DNA of 64,000 nucleotides from Candidatus Latescibacterota bacterium. GTDB lineage: Bacteria > Latescibacterota > UBA2968 > UBA8231. The notes under the pieces were generated by a model. That model saw only the letters and a list, made by a program, of their open reading frames with translations. It did no database searches and was not told the origin of the DNA. Positions within the stretch are counted from its first letter, which is position 1. Each line of letters starts with the position of its first letter. Of this stretch, positions 19,938 to 30,213 are shown piece after piece. The stretch is taken from positions 6,432,001 to 6,496,000 of the forward strand of contig OZ241867.1 in assembly GCA_965203175.1 (NCBI GenBank), in the 5' to 3' direction. Made by a program: the position numbers and the translations under genes.

Positions 19938-21896
19938 TTGCTAAAACGTTCTCCACCGATCATAAAGGGATGCACGCCCAAGGCGCTGATCGTCGGGCTG
20001 CTCGGTGCCCTTTGCATGGGCCTCGGCTCGACCTACAACGATATGATCATCAAAGGCTCTGGGCTAGCCGTGTGGAACCTGACCCCTGGGGCGACTTTTC
20101 TCTTTTTTGTGCTAGTCCTCCTCTTAAACCCGCTCTTGCGATTGCTGCATCCGCGCCTGCCCTTGCAACGCGGCGAATTGGCCGTAGCCTTCTTCCTGAT
20201 CCTGCTGGCCAACACCTTGTCGGGCCGCGGCCTGCCCGCGCAACTCCTGCCGGTAATCACTGGGGCCTATTACTACGCCACGCCGGAAAACGGTTGGGCC
20301 GAGATCGTCCAGCCCTACATGCCCGATTGGCCGGTGCCCCAAAGCCGCAACGCCATCTGGGGCTTTTACGAGGGCGACCCAACTGGGGCCGTACCGTGGG
20401 CAATTTGGGCGGCTCCTTTGCTGTACTGGGCCGTGTTTGGCCTAGCCCTCTTTCTGGCCATGGTATGCCTGATGGTGATCGTGCGCCGACAATGGGTAGA
20501 GCACGAGCGCCTAGCCTATCCCATGGTCCAGCTTCCCCTGGCCATGATCGCCGACGACGAACGCGGACGGATCATCAAACCCCTGTTCCGCAGCGGGTTG
20601 ATGTGGATAGGATTTGCCGTCCCCTTTGTGCTAGCCTCGATCAACGCCTTGCACAACTACTTCGTGATCATTCCCACCGTCAGCACTTCGCTTGGCGGCT
20701 TGTCGATGTTCCGCGGCGCGGTGTCGCTGGGCTTGAATCTAAATCTGTCGATGGTCGGCTTCTCCTATTTCATCCCCCAGAACATCGCCTTGGGCTTGGT
20801 CTTTTTTTACATCGTGAATGTAGTGCAGCGCGGGTTGTTGGGAATGCTGGCTTGGGGGGGCAAGGACGAGACCATGGGCGCGTACAGCCAGTACACCGAC
20901 CCGATCATCATCCACCAAGCCATGGGCGGCATGATTGTCTTGGTCTTGGGGTCCTTGTGGGTGGGTCGGCGCCACCTCGGGAACGTGCTGCGCAAAGCTT
21001 TGGGCCGCGCGCCAGAGGTAAAAGACGCCGATGAAATTACCTCCTATGGCGTGGCCGTGTGGGGAGCCGTGGCCAGCTTCCTAGTGATGGGTATCTGGCT
21101 GTGGCAATCCGGCATTCAGCTGCCCTTTGTTCCCCTGCTGCTGTTCGGCGCATTCGTCGGGTTTATGACCATTGCCCGCGTCGTCGCTCAAGGCGGAGTC
21201 GCGTCCATGTTTCCGCCGACCAACGGACCGGACTTCGTCGTCGCCAATGTCGGGGGCACCGTGTTGGGCACTAAGGGCATGGCCGGCATGGCCCTGAGTT
21301 ATGCCTGGAGCGTGGACACCTTGATACTAATGATGAGCGCATGCGCCAATGGCCTGAAGCTCGTCACCGAAATCAGCCTACCCCAGCGCCGCCGCCTATT
21401 CGGGGCCACCGTTGCGGTAATCGTCCTGACGCTGACCTGCGTCGTCTCCTTAACCCTCTATCTAGGCTATCAGTACGGAGCCATTAATTTGTCGCGGTTT
21501 TACTTTGATAACGTCGCGCAATATCCCTATCGGTTCATGGAGAAGAGCATCCTCAATCCATTCGAGCCGCGGCCAAGTACGTGGATGCACATCAGCGTTG
21601 GCGCGGCGATTATGGGCGGGCTGATGGCAGCCCAGCACCGGTTCCTGTGGTGGCCTTTCCACTCGCTCGGATTCCCGATTAGCTGCGTGTTTGGCTCGAT
21701 GTGGTTCAGCGTATTTGTCGCTTGGCTCATCAAGAGTACGGTACTCAAATACGGCGGGCTGACGCTGTTGAACCGCCTCAAGCCCTTCTTTCTAGGGTTG
21801 GTCTTGGGCGAGGCCGTAGCAGCCGGAACTTGGATACTCATCGACTATGTAATCGGCATGCAGAACAATTATCTGGGCGGGATTGTGTTCCAATGA
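19938..21896 (+). CDS. Polytopic membrane protein, DUF6785/DUF6784-like (putative transporter)
   Basis: RRQWVEHERLAYPMVQLP, RFLWWPFHSLGF, AWLIKSTVLKYGG...KPFFLGLVLGE; many TM segments; GAGAGGA RBS before TTG 19938. Confidence 0.7.
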   Translation: MLKRSPPIIKGCTPKALIVGLLGALCMGLGSTYNDMIIKGSGLAVWNLTPGATFLFFVLVLLLNPLLRLLHPRLPLQRGELAVAFFLILLANTLSGRGLPAQLLPVITGAYYYATPENGWAEIVQPYMPDWPVPQSRNAIWGFYEGDPTGAVPWAIWAAPLLYWAVFGLALFLAMVCLMVIVRRQWVEHERLAYPMVQLPLAMIADDERGRIIKPLFRSGLMWIGFAVPFVLASINALHNYFVIIPTVSTSLGGLSMFRGAVSLGLNLNLSMVGFSYFIPQNIALGLVFFYIVNVVQRGLLGMLAWGGKDETMGAYSQYTDPIIIHQAMGGMIVLVLGSLWVGRRHLGNVLRKALGRAPEVKDADEITSYGVAVWGAVASFLVMGIWLWQSGIQLPFVPLLLFGAFVGFMTIARVVAQGGVASMFPPTNGPDFVVANVGGTVLGTKGMAGMALSYAWSVDTLILMMSACANGLKLVTEISLPQRRRLFGATVAVIVLTLTCVVSLTLYLGYQYGAINLSRFYFDNVAQYPYRFMEKSILNPFEPRPSTWMHISVGAAIMGGLMAAQHRFLWWPFHSLGFPISCVFGSMWFSVFVAWLIKSTVLKYGGLTLLNRLKPFFLGLVLGEAVAAGTWILIDYVIGMQNNYLGGIVFQ

Positions 21897-21958
21897 GGTG
21901 CGCTTGAACGGCGCTGTCGAAACGGCTATCTTATCCACCCAAACAAAGATCCAACCCC

Positions 21959-22798
21959 ATGATGACACCCGACCAACGCTACTTCTTCGATTTGACCGGC
22001 TACCTCCATTTGCGCAACGTGCTCAGCCCGGAGGAACTCGCGCCCGCCCAGGCGGCAGCCGACCGCTACATCAACATGCCGCCCGAGGAGTGGCCGCCCG
22101 AATTCGGCGCGGATCTCGAGCGCCGCGACATCACCGGCTATCAGCACGGCTTTGCCTTTGACAAAAGCCTCGAAGTGCTCACCCGGCATCCTACTACTTG
22201 GCCGATCCTCATGGAACTCACCAACCGTCGGCCGCGCCTCAACGGAGGCACCCTCGGCTATAACCGCCACGGCCACGGCTTCCACTACCTGCACGCCGGA
22301 TGGCAGCCGTCCAAACAGCCCGATGTGCGGCGCTATTACCTCGAAGACGGTCAGGTGCGCTGCACGGACTTTATCTTCTTTTTTTATTTAAGCGATGTCT
22401 TCCCCGGCGATGGCGGCCTCATCATCTTGCCCGGCTCGCACAAGGCCCACTTTGCCCGGCCCCGAGCGATGTTTTATCCAGGAGCCGAAGACGACGAGGA
22501 CAGGGACTACGTCGCCGACACCGTGCCCCCGGGCGTCCACAATGTCTGTGCCCGCGCTGGCGATGTGGTTATCATGCCCGAGCACCTCATGCACGGCGCG
22601 CTCACTTGGAAGCCTCGCGACCGCGACCGCCGCTTCTTGATCCTGCGCTACAACGTCCAGCACATGCTCACCGGCCAGCGCCGCCCTTTTCCAGACGCCA
22701 TTCGCCAGCGGCTCGACCCTGAGACGATTGACCTGATCGAATTGGCTCCGTACTTCGAATACAAAGACCTCGTCAAAAAGCGCGAAAACATCGACTAA
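21959..22798 (+). CDS. Phytanoyl-CoA dioxygenase (PhyH) family protein
   Basis: YFFDLTGYLHLRNVLS, GGLIILPGSHK, AGDVVIMPEHLMHG. Confidence 0.85.
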   Translation: MMTPDQRYFFDLTGYLHLRNVLSPEELAPAQAAADRYINMPPEEWPPEFGADLERRDITGYQHGFAFDKSLEVLTRHPTTWPILMELTNRRPRLNGGTLGYNRHGHGFHYLHAGWQPSKQPDVRRYYLEDGQVRCTDFIFFFYLSDVFPGDGGLIILPGSHKAHFARPRAMFYPGAEDDEDRDYVADTVPPGVHNVCARAGDVVIMPEHLMHGALTWKPRDRDRRFLILRYNVQHMLTGQRRPFPDAIRQRLDPETIDLIELAPYFEYKDLVKKRENID

Positions 22799-22803
22799 AT
22801 CCC

Positions 22804-23571
22804 ATGGCATCACAACAAAACAGCGGGCAGCTGAGCTTCCGCGCCCGCGTCCCCGTCTTCGACGCCAACATCGGCGTCGGCCACTGCCACGACCGGCCCT
22901 CGCCGTTTGCCGATGTGACCGGCTTGCGGGCGGAAATGCAGCGCCACGGCGTAGAGCGCGGTTTGATCTACCACCTCCAAGGCGAAACCCTCAGCGCGAT
23001 TGAGGGCAACGAGGCCCTGCGCGCTTGGCTTGGCGACGGATTCGTCCCCCAATGGGTCGCCGGACCGAGTGCGGACTCTTTGGCGCAACTGCGCGCGCTC
23101 CACGCCGCGGGCGAGGTCCGCAGCGTCCGCCTGCACAACACCGAGGCGAGCCGCGTCCCCTTTGCCGACTGGATCTACGGCGAGTTGCTCGCCTGGCTGG
23201 CGGCCGAGCGCATCCCCCTGTGGGTCTCGCTGGCCGATACCCCGGTCGCCGAAGTCATGGAGACCTTGCGCCGCTTCCCAGATTTACAAGCAGTACTCCT
23301 CGGCGCACACTACGTGCATTCCCTCGCCTTGCGCCCTCTGCTCAGGGTACTGCCCCAAGCGGCGATGGAGCTGAGCCGCTTTGAGAATATAGGCGGCATC
23401 GAATCCCTGATCGGCGAATTTGGCGTGGAGCGCTTCCTCTATGGGTCGTACTACCCGCGCTACGCCATGGGGCCGATGCTCTTTTACCTGCACCACTTGG
23501 CCATTGACGACGCCGCACTTGCGGCTTTGACCGCGGGCAATCTAGAGCGCATTCTCGGAGGAACCGCATGA
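22804..23571 (+). CDS. Amidohydrolase family protein (degenerate metal motif)
   Basis: VFDANIGVG, ERFLYGSYYP...GNLERIL; coupled to next paralog. Confidence 0.75.
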   Translation: MASQQNSGQLSFRARVPVFDANIGVGHCHDRPSPFADVTGLRAEMQRHGVERGLIYHLQGETLSAIEGNEALRAWLGDGFVPQWVAGPSADSLAQLRALHAAGEVRSVRLHNTEASRVPFADWIYGELLAWLAAERIPLWVSLADTPVAEVMETLRRFPDLQAVLLGAHYVHSLALRPLLRVLPQAAMELSRFENIGGIESLIGEFGVERFLYGSYYPRYAMGPMLFYLHHLAIDDAALAALTAGNLERILGGTA

Positions 23572-24302
23572 TTATCGACTTTCACGGCCACGTGGGCCGC
23601 TGGGACTCCCTCGACATGGTCGATGACCCGGTCGAGATGCTGCGCGCCATGGATGCGGTGGGGATCGACAAAAGCTGCGTCTTCAACATCTTCCATCCCG
23701 AGGGCAAACCCGGCAACGACCAGACCGCGGCTTTTGTCGCCCGTCACCCCGACCGCTTCATTGGCTTTGCCTATGTGTGCCCTACCTGCCCCGACACCGT
23801 GCGGCCCGAGTTGGAAAGGGCCATCGACGAACTCGGGTTCCGGGCGATCAAAATCTACCCCCCCTATACGCCCTTTCCGCTCGACGACTCGGCTTGGGAT
23901 CCAATCTACGGCTTTGCCGCTGAGCGCGGCCTCGCAATCATAGCACACACAGGCGGCGAGCCAACGGCCGCTCCCGCTCAGTTTGGCCGCGCAGCCGAGC
24001 GCTTCCCCAACGCCCGCTTCGTCGCCGGCCACTCCGGCAACATCGAGCCGTATCGCAGCCAAGCCATTGACGCGGCTCAGCGCTTGCCCAACTACTTCCT
24101 CGAAACCTGTTCGACCTTCCGCACCCCAGGCGTCATCGAAGAGCTGGTGGCCAAGGCCGGGGCCGACCGCGTGCTCTTCGGCTCGGATATGCCCTTGATG
24201 GATCCCCGCCCCCAGCTCGGCAAGATCATCACCGCGGCCATTGACGACGACGCCAAGCGCCTCGTCCTCGGCGAGAACGCCCGGGGCCTACTCGGACTGT
24301 AA
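23568..24302 (+). CDS. Amidohydrolase family protein
   Basis: IIDFHGH, IIAHTG, VAGHSG, DRVLFGSDMP. Confidence 0.9.
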   Translation: MIIDFHGHVGRWDSLDMVDDPVEMLRAMDAVGIDKSCVFNIFHPEGKPGNDQTAAFVARHPDRFIGFAYVCPTCPDTVRPELERAIDELGFRAIKIYPPYTPFPLDDSAWDPIYGFAAERGLAIIAHTGGEPTAAPAQFGRAAERFPNARFVAGHSGNIEPYRSQAIDAAQRLPNYFLETCSTFRTPGVIEELVAKAGADRVLFGSDMPLMDPRPQLGKIITAAIDDDAKRLVLGENARGLLGL

Positions 24303-24307
24303 GACGC

Positions 24308-24346
24308 AAAAAGCCCGCCTGCCACAAGGGCAAGCGGGCTTTCTTT
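24308..24346. terminator. Probable bidirectional intrinsic terminator
   Basis: AAAAAGCCCGCCTGCC-ACAAG-GGCAAGCGGGCTTTCTTT hairpin with A/T tails between convergent genes. Confidence 0.85.
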
Positions 24347-24368
24347 GCAAAGGGTGTGGAACCGGGTA

Positions 24369-25307
24369 TTACTGCTGATACTGGTACTTAATCCGGCCCC
24401 AACTCTGCGCCTCGACCGCCGTCCCAGTCGGCTCGCCCCAATCAATGGTGTCGTCCATGGGGGAGATGAGCAGGTCCTGCGAAGAGTGACAACAGTGCGT
24501 CGGGGTCGTCGCCCACATGCCGACGCGATTGTCGGCATCGCCGGCGCTGTCGTCCACATCGCTGACGAAAATCGAAAAGCCGATCACCTCGCCCGCGGTC
24601 AGGTCGTGCTCAATCACCTGATCGTCCGTGATGTTCTCCTCGGTGGGCTTGGGATACGAATCAATGGCGATCGTGCGGAACTCGTAGATGTACGTGCTCT
24701 CGCCGTACTCCTCGCCCTCAAAGCTATAGGTGCAGTAGTACCAACGGCTGCCGTTGGACAACAGCGTCGGATTCTCGACGTCGGCGCTACTGACCGCAGC
24801 CGTTTGCAGGGCCGGGCCGAAATTGCCATTGAGCGGCGGGAACGCGAATGAGTACTTGTGGTGCGTCACCACGTCTTCGGGCTTGGGCAAGTAGTCGTGC
24901 CGCGGGTTGAACTCGATCTCAATGCTGTCGTCCCACCAATAGGAACCTAAGTCCTGGCGGGTGATCGTGTGCTTGTTGTCAAACACTTTCGTCGTCACGT
25001 ACAGCTCGTTGCGCGAATCGTTCCAACCCAAGATGTGGCGGATCTGCATCGAAGCCGGATCCATGCCACCGCGCGGCACGTCGTCGCCAGCAAAGCCGTG
25101 CACCGAAAAGAGCTTTGAACTGGGAATGGCGTACACCTCGAGCGGCACAGCCGACCAATCATCGTCAAATCCGTCGATGTTAGGCACATGCGTATCGGGG
25201 AACTGCACGGCGAGGAAGACCTCGCCCGGGGGCTCGTGGGCCCCGGCGGCTAGCGCAAAAGCCAATAGGGCGATTGCGGTCAGGCCACAGGTAAAAAGAC
25301 GCTTCAT
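24369..25307 (-). CDS. Secreted CBM9/DOMON-like protein with C-terminal TAVEAQSWGRIK tail
   Basis: Signal peptide; PNIDGFDDDW, LGWND..LYV..V.D, WDDSIEI, YIYEFR, GEVIGFSIFVSDVD; AGGAGG RBS. Confidence 0.65.
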   Translation of the reverse strand: MKRLFTCGLTAIALLAFALAAGAHEPPGEVFLAVQFPDTHVPNIDGFDDDWSAVPLEVYAIPSSKLFSVHGFAGDDVPRGGMDPASMQIRHILGWNDSRNELYVTTKVFDNKHTITRQDLGSYWWDDSIEIEFNPRHDYLPKPEDVVTHHKYSFAFPPLNGNFGPALQTAAVSSADVENPTLLSNGSRWYYCTYSFEGEEYGESTYIYEFRTIAIDSYPKPTEENITDDQVIEHDLTAGEVIGFSIFVSDVDDSAGDADNRVGMWATTPTHCCHSSQDLLISPMDDTIDWGEPTGTAVEAQSWGRIKYQYQQ

Positions 25308-25404
25308 AGCTACCTCCTTAAGGGTAGGTGGACGATAAACGACTAAATCGTAAATGAACGACTGAACTGCTTAATTTAGTCAAATGACCCGTCAAATACA
25401 ACTA

Positions 25405-28128
25405 CTATTGCAAACCGGCGTATAGCGTGACAAAGGTCTCGGTCGTCGTCTCGGCCTTGGCCTCCGCAAACGCCTTGCGCTCCACCACAAAGCCGGCCAA
25501 CGCCTGGATCCGGTAGCCCAAATAGGCCGACTCGGTCGCCAATTGCAAGGCCCAGCTCAGGGAGTCGAAATCCTCTGCATCGCGGTCGAAGTCGTTGAAC
25601 AGCGCGTACTCGACCCCGGCCTGAAGCCGCGTGGCCTGCAATAGCTGCGTTTCCAAAAGCAGCGAAAAAAGCTCCATCAGCGTCGTGCGCTCCTCCTGGT
25701 CAAACAGCGACCGGCTCTGTTTGCGGAATTCGCTCTTCCAGCGTGGCAACAGGGTCAACCCATGCCAAGTGCGGCTATAACTGGCCTTGTTGATCAAGCC
25801 AAAGAAGAAATCCGACGCATCGCGCTGCCGTTGCGCGAAGAACACCCCGTTCAGCTTGCTCATCACCAGCAGCGCGTCGCTCGCCAGGCTGTGGCCGACG
25901 AATAGCTGGTGGACCCAAGCATCGCGCGCCAACAGCGGATCGGCGATGTGCATGAGCTTGCCGCCGCGCAGCGTGTTGTCCGGCTGCCACTGCAAAATTG
26001 GATCGGGAATGTCGTCTTGCACCAACTGACTCATCTCGAACAGCCTCACCCGACCCACCCGTGGCCAAACCCGCTCGTACCCTAGCTGCAAATACGTGCT
26101 GTGGTTTTTGCGATCCGCTGAAATCTGTTCCTCGCGCAAGGCCCCCACCTTGAGCTGCCAGTGCTGGCTCAGGTCGATGCCCCCATAGACGTTGAAGCCT
26201 TGTTGATCGCGGCGATAGGGGTAGTCCGGCTCGGTGTCGTTTTCGTATAGATCAACCCAGAAGTTGTGGTTCATATCCACGCCGAAGAGGAACTCTGGCC
26301 GATCGACCAAGAAGCGGAGAAACGGCTCCTCGTAATCCGGAACGGAGTTGGCCTTGACGCGGTTGTCGTTTTGGTTGAAATCGGGCACTAAGTCATTGTT
26401 GAGATCCCAGCCGGGGAAGACCAACCGATCGTTTACCAAAAAATCCGCGCGGAACCCATCGGGGAAGCGGTCTTGATCGTCGTTGTCTTCCACTAAGTCA
26501 AAGCGATTGCCCTGCCGGGCGTAATCGAGGCCCGAGGTCGTGGTGACAAAAGATTGGGTGTTGTAGCGCGGATCAATCGAATACACTTCCCCAAACAGCG
26601 ACAGCCGTCCCATGTGCTTACTCAGGTTTGCCATCCACGCCGGCGCGCTGGGCCGGTCGCCAATCCCCGCCGAGGAAGTGTGCGTTTCCGAGGCAACATT
26701 GGGATACTTGCGGAAGCTCCAACTCAGGTCGTATTCGCCATACAGGTCGAAGCCGAGCACGTCTTCCACCTTGAACGTAGCTCCGGCGACTGTCGTAGCC
26801 GTCGGCAGCCCGTAGGCAAAGCGGACCGTGCGCAGGTTGGAGATGTCCTGCACATTGCCCTCGGCCTGCGCCACCAACAAGAAGACTGGATCATCCACAT
26901 CCGCGCCGAATACGTCGCCCAAGCTGATAGAGCGCTCGCCCGTCCAAGTAAACGAGCTCGATGGCCGACCGACCGTTACAAAACCGCCGCCTTCTCCCAA
27001 CTGCTGGTCCGAACTCATCCAGATCTGGTAATCGTTGGCCAGCACGAGGCGAAATTCCACCGCTGCGATTTCGGATTTATCGGCCGAGGCGCGGTTGACA
27101 AACGACGCGCTGTCAAAGTCGTAGAGCAGGCTGATTTGCCCGTCGCCATCCGCGGTGAGAAATCCCTGCCGCTCTAAGCCGCCGCTAATCACCGGGCCAA
27201 AGCGGATGTCGCGGCCCGACTCCACCGTGCCGTCGCGGTAGGTGATAATCACGTCCGAGGCATCGGGGAAGAACGCGGCACCGCCGGCACCGTCTTCCGG
27301 CGAGTCGTCGCGCAAGGCAATCGCGATCTGCGAGATGGTTGCGTTCTGCTGCTTGTTCAGCCCGCCTTTGTACAGGGTTTCTATTAGTTGATCCGACTCG
27401 CTATTGGTCTGGTGGGCGTTGACCGCGTGCAGGCCCAACTCCACGAAATCCCCTAGCTGGGCCGTGAACCGCCCTCCCACGAGGGAAGTCGCGTCTGTAA
27501 AGCGGCTCTCCTCCACCTGCAAGCCGCGCGGGCCAGTGATCAGCGAGTGGAGAAAGGTCAACTGGTATTTGTCGGTGGCGAGGTCGATCTGCATGCCGTT
27601 CAGGCGCGGCTTGGAAAACGACAGCGGCGTCAAGGTCGTCCGCAGGTTGTTGCTCGCCGTCAGCGCGTAGTGATATTGGCCCTTGTGATCGCCGGCGATG
27701 ACCAACTCGTTGAACCACCGCGCAAACCGCTCGGTCTTGAACAAGGAGCTACCAGCTTCCTCGGGCCGCCTCTGCGCCGTATTGAAGATCAGCCACCCCT
27801 GGGTTAGGTAGTTCCCGTACAGATCGTAGAAGTAATCGCCCTCCAAGTCGATGTTCACATAGCGTTGATACGGCAGCCGCGCGCGGTTGGTGTATTCCCA
27901 CTGCCGCCACGGGTATTCGGCGAACATCACCTGCGGCACGTACCAGCGCCGCAGGGCCGGGTCCAGCGCGTCGAGGTACACCTCCGGGCTTTGTGCTACG
28001 TCTTGTCGCCATCCCAAGCGGCTACCGTAGGCTCCGTCGGCAAGGACGAGCAATGCGGCGCAGCAGGCAAACGTCCGCCAGAAGTTTGCAGACAGCCTCT
28101 TACAGTGAATAGCCCTAGTCAAATCCAT
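25405..28128 (-). CDS. Large secreted hypothetical protein, probable outer-membrane beta-barrel with Asp-rich Ca-binding-like region (paralog of 33306-35969)
   Basis: Signal peptide; DNDDQDRFPD, DLNNDLVPDFNQNDN, DMNHN repeats; amphipathic C-terminal strands ending FVTLYAGLQ. Confidence 0.6.
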   Translation of the reverse strand: MDLTRAIHCKRLSANFWRTFACCAALLVLADGAYGSRLGWRQDVAQSPEVYLDALDPALRRWYVPQVMFAEYPWRQWEYTNRARLPYQRYVNIDLEGDYFYDLYGNYLTQGWLIFNTAQRRPEEAGSSLFKTERFARWFNELVIAGDHKGQYHYALTASNNLRTTLTPLSFSKPRLNGMQIDLATDKYQLTFLHSLITGPRGLQVEESRFTDATSLVGGRFTAQLGDFVELGLHAVNAHQTNSESDQLIETLYKGGLNKQQNATISQIAIALRDDSPEDGAGGAAFFPDASDVIITYRDGTVESGRDIRFGPVISGGLERQGFLTADGDGQISLLYDFDSASFVNRASADKSEIAAVEFRLVLANDYQIWMSSDQQLGEGGGFVTVGRPSSSFTWTGERSISLGDVFGADVDDPVFLLVAQAEGNVQDISNLRTVRFAYGLPTATTVAGATFKVEDVLGFDLYGEYDLSWSFRKYPNVASETHTSSAGIGDRPSAPAWMANLSKHMGRLSLFGEVYSIDPRYNTQSFVTTTSGLDYARQGNRFDLVEDNDDQDRFPDGFRADFLVNDRLVFPGWDLNNDLVPDFNQNDNRVKANSVPDYEEPFLRFLVDRPEFLFGVDMNHNFWVDLYENDTEPDYPYRRDQQGFNVYGGIDLSQHWQLKVGALREEQISADRKNHSTYLQLGYERVWPRVGRVRLFEMSQLVQDDIPDPILQWQPDNTLRGGKLMHIADPLLARDAWVHQLFVGHSLASDALLVMSKLNGVFFAQRQRDASDFFFGLINKASYSRTWHGLTLLPRWKSEFRKQSRSLFDQEERTTLMELFSLLLETQLLQATRLQAGVEYALFNDFDRDAEDFDSLSWALQLATESAYLGYRIQALAGFVVERKAFAEAKAETTTETFVTLYAGLQ

Positions 28129-28137
28129 TTCTCCAGC

Positions 28138-30201
28138 CTAGTACGCCACACCCACCACGCCGTTGGCCACTTCGCGGCCCTTGTCGGTGTCCCAATCGAG
28201 CTGATAGAGGTACATGCCGGGCGGCACGAGTGCGCCCTCTTCGTCGCGCCCATTCCAAGTTTGGGCAAAGCTGCCGCTGCCAGTACTAGCCGCGATTTGG
28301 CGCACTAGTCGGCCGGACAGGTCGTATATCCGTAAGCGGATCTGCCGCAGGCTTTCCAAATCGCGCAATTCGTATGCGATCGCGACGTGGTCGTTGACGC
28401 CGTCGCCGTTGGGCGTAAAGGCCGCTGGCGTGGCCTGCACGCTGCTGATGAGGCCGCCGCCCATGGGCGTGCGCACCGATACTATGTCGCCGCTAAAGCG
28501 GAACGTCGCGTTGCCCGGGGCGACCTGCTGTTTGAGCTCGGGTTCGGCGCTGTCGTACACCCAGCTTCTGAAATCCGCGCCAAAGCGCAAGACCTTGGCG
28601 TCGAAAACCACCTCAATCCGCTTCTCATTGTCGCGCGGCCCTACCAAGCGATCGAACGAGACGATTAGTCGGTCATCCTGGATCTCGGGCGGGAAGCGGT
28701 CGCTGATCTCCTCGCCGTCGATGAGCACCGAATGCACCCGCTCGACCGGGATCTGGGTAAAAATTTCCAGCCGGTCAAAGCCCAAGTCGCTCGCGCGCAA
28801 GACCGGGCGCACCACATAGGTGAAGGTTTCAGCCGCGAAGCTCTGCGTGGCAATCGGCCAGATCTCCCCAATCACCTCTTGGGCCACTGGATCCTCGGAG
28901 AACAGCAGCGACATGTTGTCGATGCGCGGAGCCGCATCGCCGCTGGCGAACAGGATGGCCTCTAGCTGGAAGTAACGCGCCGGACTCGGCGAGAGCACGG
29001 GCGTGCCGTCCTGCCACAAATCCGCTGGCAACTCGACCTGCCGTAGCCCAGTTGCGAACTCATAGGGCGCGGACCACGGGCTCCAATTTTCTAGATCGTA
29101 GCCCAATTCCACGTCGTCCCACCGCCGGCGGCCGAGCTGAGTCAGGTAGTCGTCGAGAGTCGATGCTTCGAGGGTGCCGGTCGGGCCGATGACGCGGTAG
29201 ATGTTGGGCTGTGGCGTGTTGCCCGTGCGAGTGCGGAGCAAAAGCTGGGTTCCCTCGGGCACTTCGCCTTGCCAGCGAATTTTACTCCACGCGACCTCGC
29301 GGCCAAAATCCATAATCGGGGTGCGGTAAGTCGTCCGAGTCACAAAGCCCTCGCCATAGATTTCGAACTCGGCGATTTCCCAGTCGCGTTCCGGGTCGAG
29401 CGGGCGGATGGCAATCCACTTGAGGTCACGGGTCGGAAAGCGCAAATCCACCACCACATCGAGGCTCTCGCGATTGCGCGCCAAAATGTCAAAGGCCGGA
29501 TCGTTGGGCGCGCCCAAGGCCGCGTCGATAACCATGTACCAACGCTTGCCGCGCTGGCTGCGGTCGAAGTTGCTGTCCCAAAACGGCCCGGTGTGGTCGG
29601 CCACGCCGATTTCGTACCACGCCAAGTAGTTGTCCTCAAACCCAGGCCGGGGAAAGAAGCGGATGCGGTTGAGGGGCAACTCGGCCCCCAAGTGCATGAC
29701 GTTGTTTTTGACCACTCCGGGGTTGTTGCGGCCGGCCAAGCGCGGCGGCTCGGGCACCCGCACTAGCATGGCGGTCGTCGGATCGCCATCGATGAGAAAC
29801 TGCAAGGGCTGGGAGTCGGTTACCAAGTGCGTATGGCCGTAAATGCTGGCCGTGTAAAAGTGCCCTTGGCGCTCCTTGATCGACAGCGCCAGATTGTCGC
29901 TCGGGTCGATGTACACTGGGCGCAAGCCGCCGTCGGCAAAGTCGATCAACGTATCGACGCCCGCGGTGTTGAAACGCACACTGACCTCTTCGTCCACCGC
30001 GCCAATGGTCACCTCCTCGACGATGCCGCCCTCGGCGTCGAGCAGCACGTACGCAGCCGTCTGCTCGGAGACCAGAGCCTGCCAAGAATTGCCATCCGCG
30101 CCGCCGAGGCGAAACTCACCGCGGCCCCACGCGCTGGCGGTCCAAGCCACGGCCAGCACCGCGCTTAACCAGCCCATCCGCTCTATCCGATTCAGCACCA
30201 C
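28138..30201 (-). CDS. Secreted protein with FlgD-like / TPNGDG (T9SS type-B-like) CTD
   Basis: Signal peptide; DGDPTT; RTRTG..WSPWS..SPARYFQ; FTPNGDGVND..IYDLSGRLVR..WNGRD..VPPGMYLY..VAY. Confidence 0.75.
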   Translation of the reverse strand: MVLNRIERMGWLSAVLAVAWTASAWGRGEFRLGGADGNSWQALVSEQTAAYVLLDAEGGIVEEVTIGAVDEEVSVRFNTAGVDTLIDFADGGLRPVYIDPSDNLALSIKERQGHFYTASIYGHTHLVTDSQPLQFLIDGDPTTAMLVRVPEPPRLAGRNNPGVVKNNVMHLGAELPLNRIRFFPRPGFEDNYLAWYEIGVADHTGPFWDSNFDRSQRGKRWYMVIDAALGAPNDPAFDILARNRESLDVVVDLRFPTRDLKWIAIRPLDPERDWEIAEFEIYGEGFVTRTTYRTPIMDFGREVAWSKIRWQGEVPEGTQLLLRTRTGNTPQPNIYRVIGPTGTLEASTLDDYLTQLGRRRWDDVELGYDLENWSPWSAPYEFATGLRQVELPADLWQDGTPVLSPSPARYFQLEAILFASGDAAPRIDNMSLLFSEDPVAQEVIGEIWPIATQSFAAETFTYVVRPVLRASDLGFDRLEIFTQIPVERVHSVLIDGEEISDRFPPEIQDDRLIVSFDRLVGPRDNEKRIEVVFDAKVLRFGADFRSWVYDSAEPELKQQVAPGNATFRFSGDIVSVRTPMGGGLISSVQATPAAFTPNGDGVNDHVAIAYELRDLESLRQIRLRIYDLSGRLVRQIAASTGSGSFAQTWNGRDEEGALVPPGMYLYQLDWDTDKGREVANGVVGVAY

Positions 30202-30213
30202 GTCTCCTTTCGT

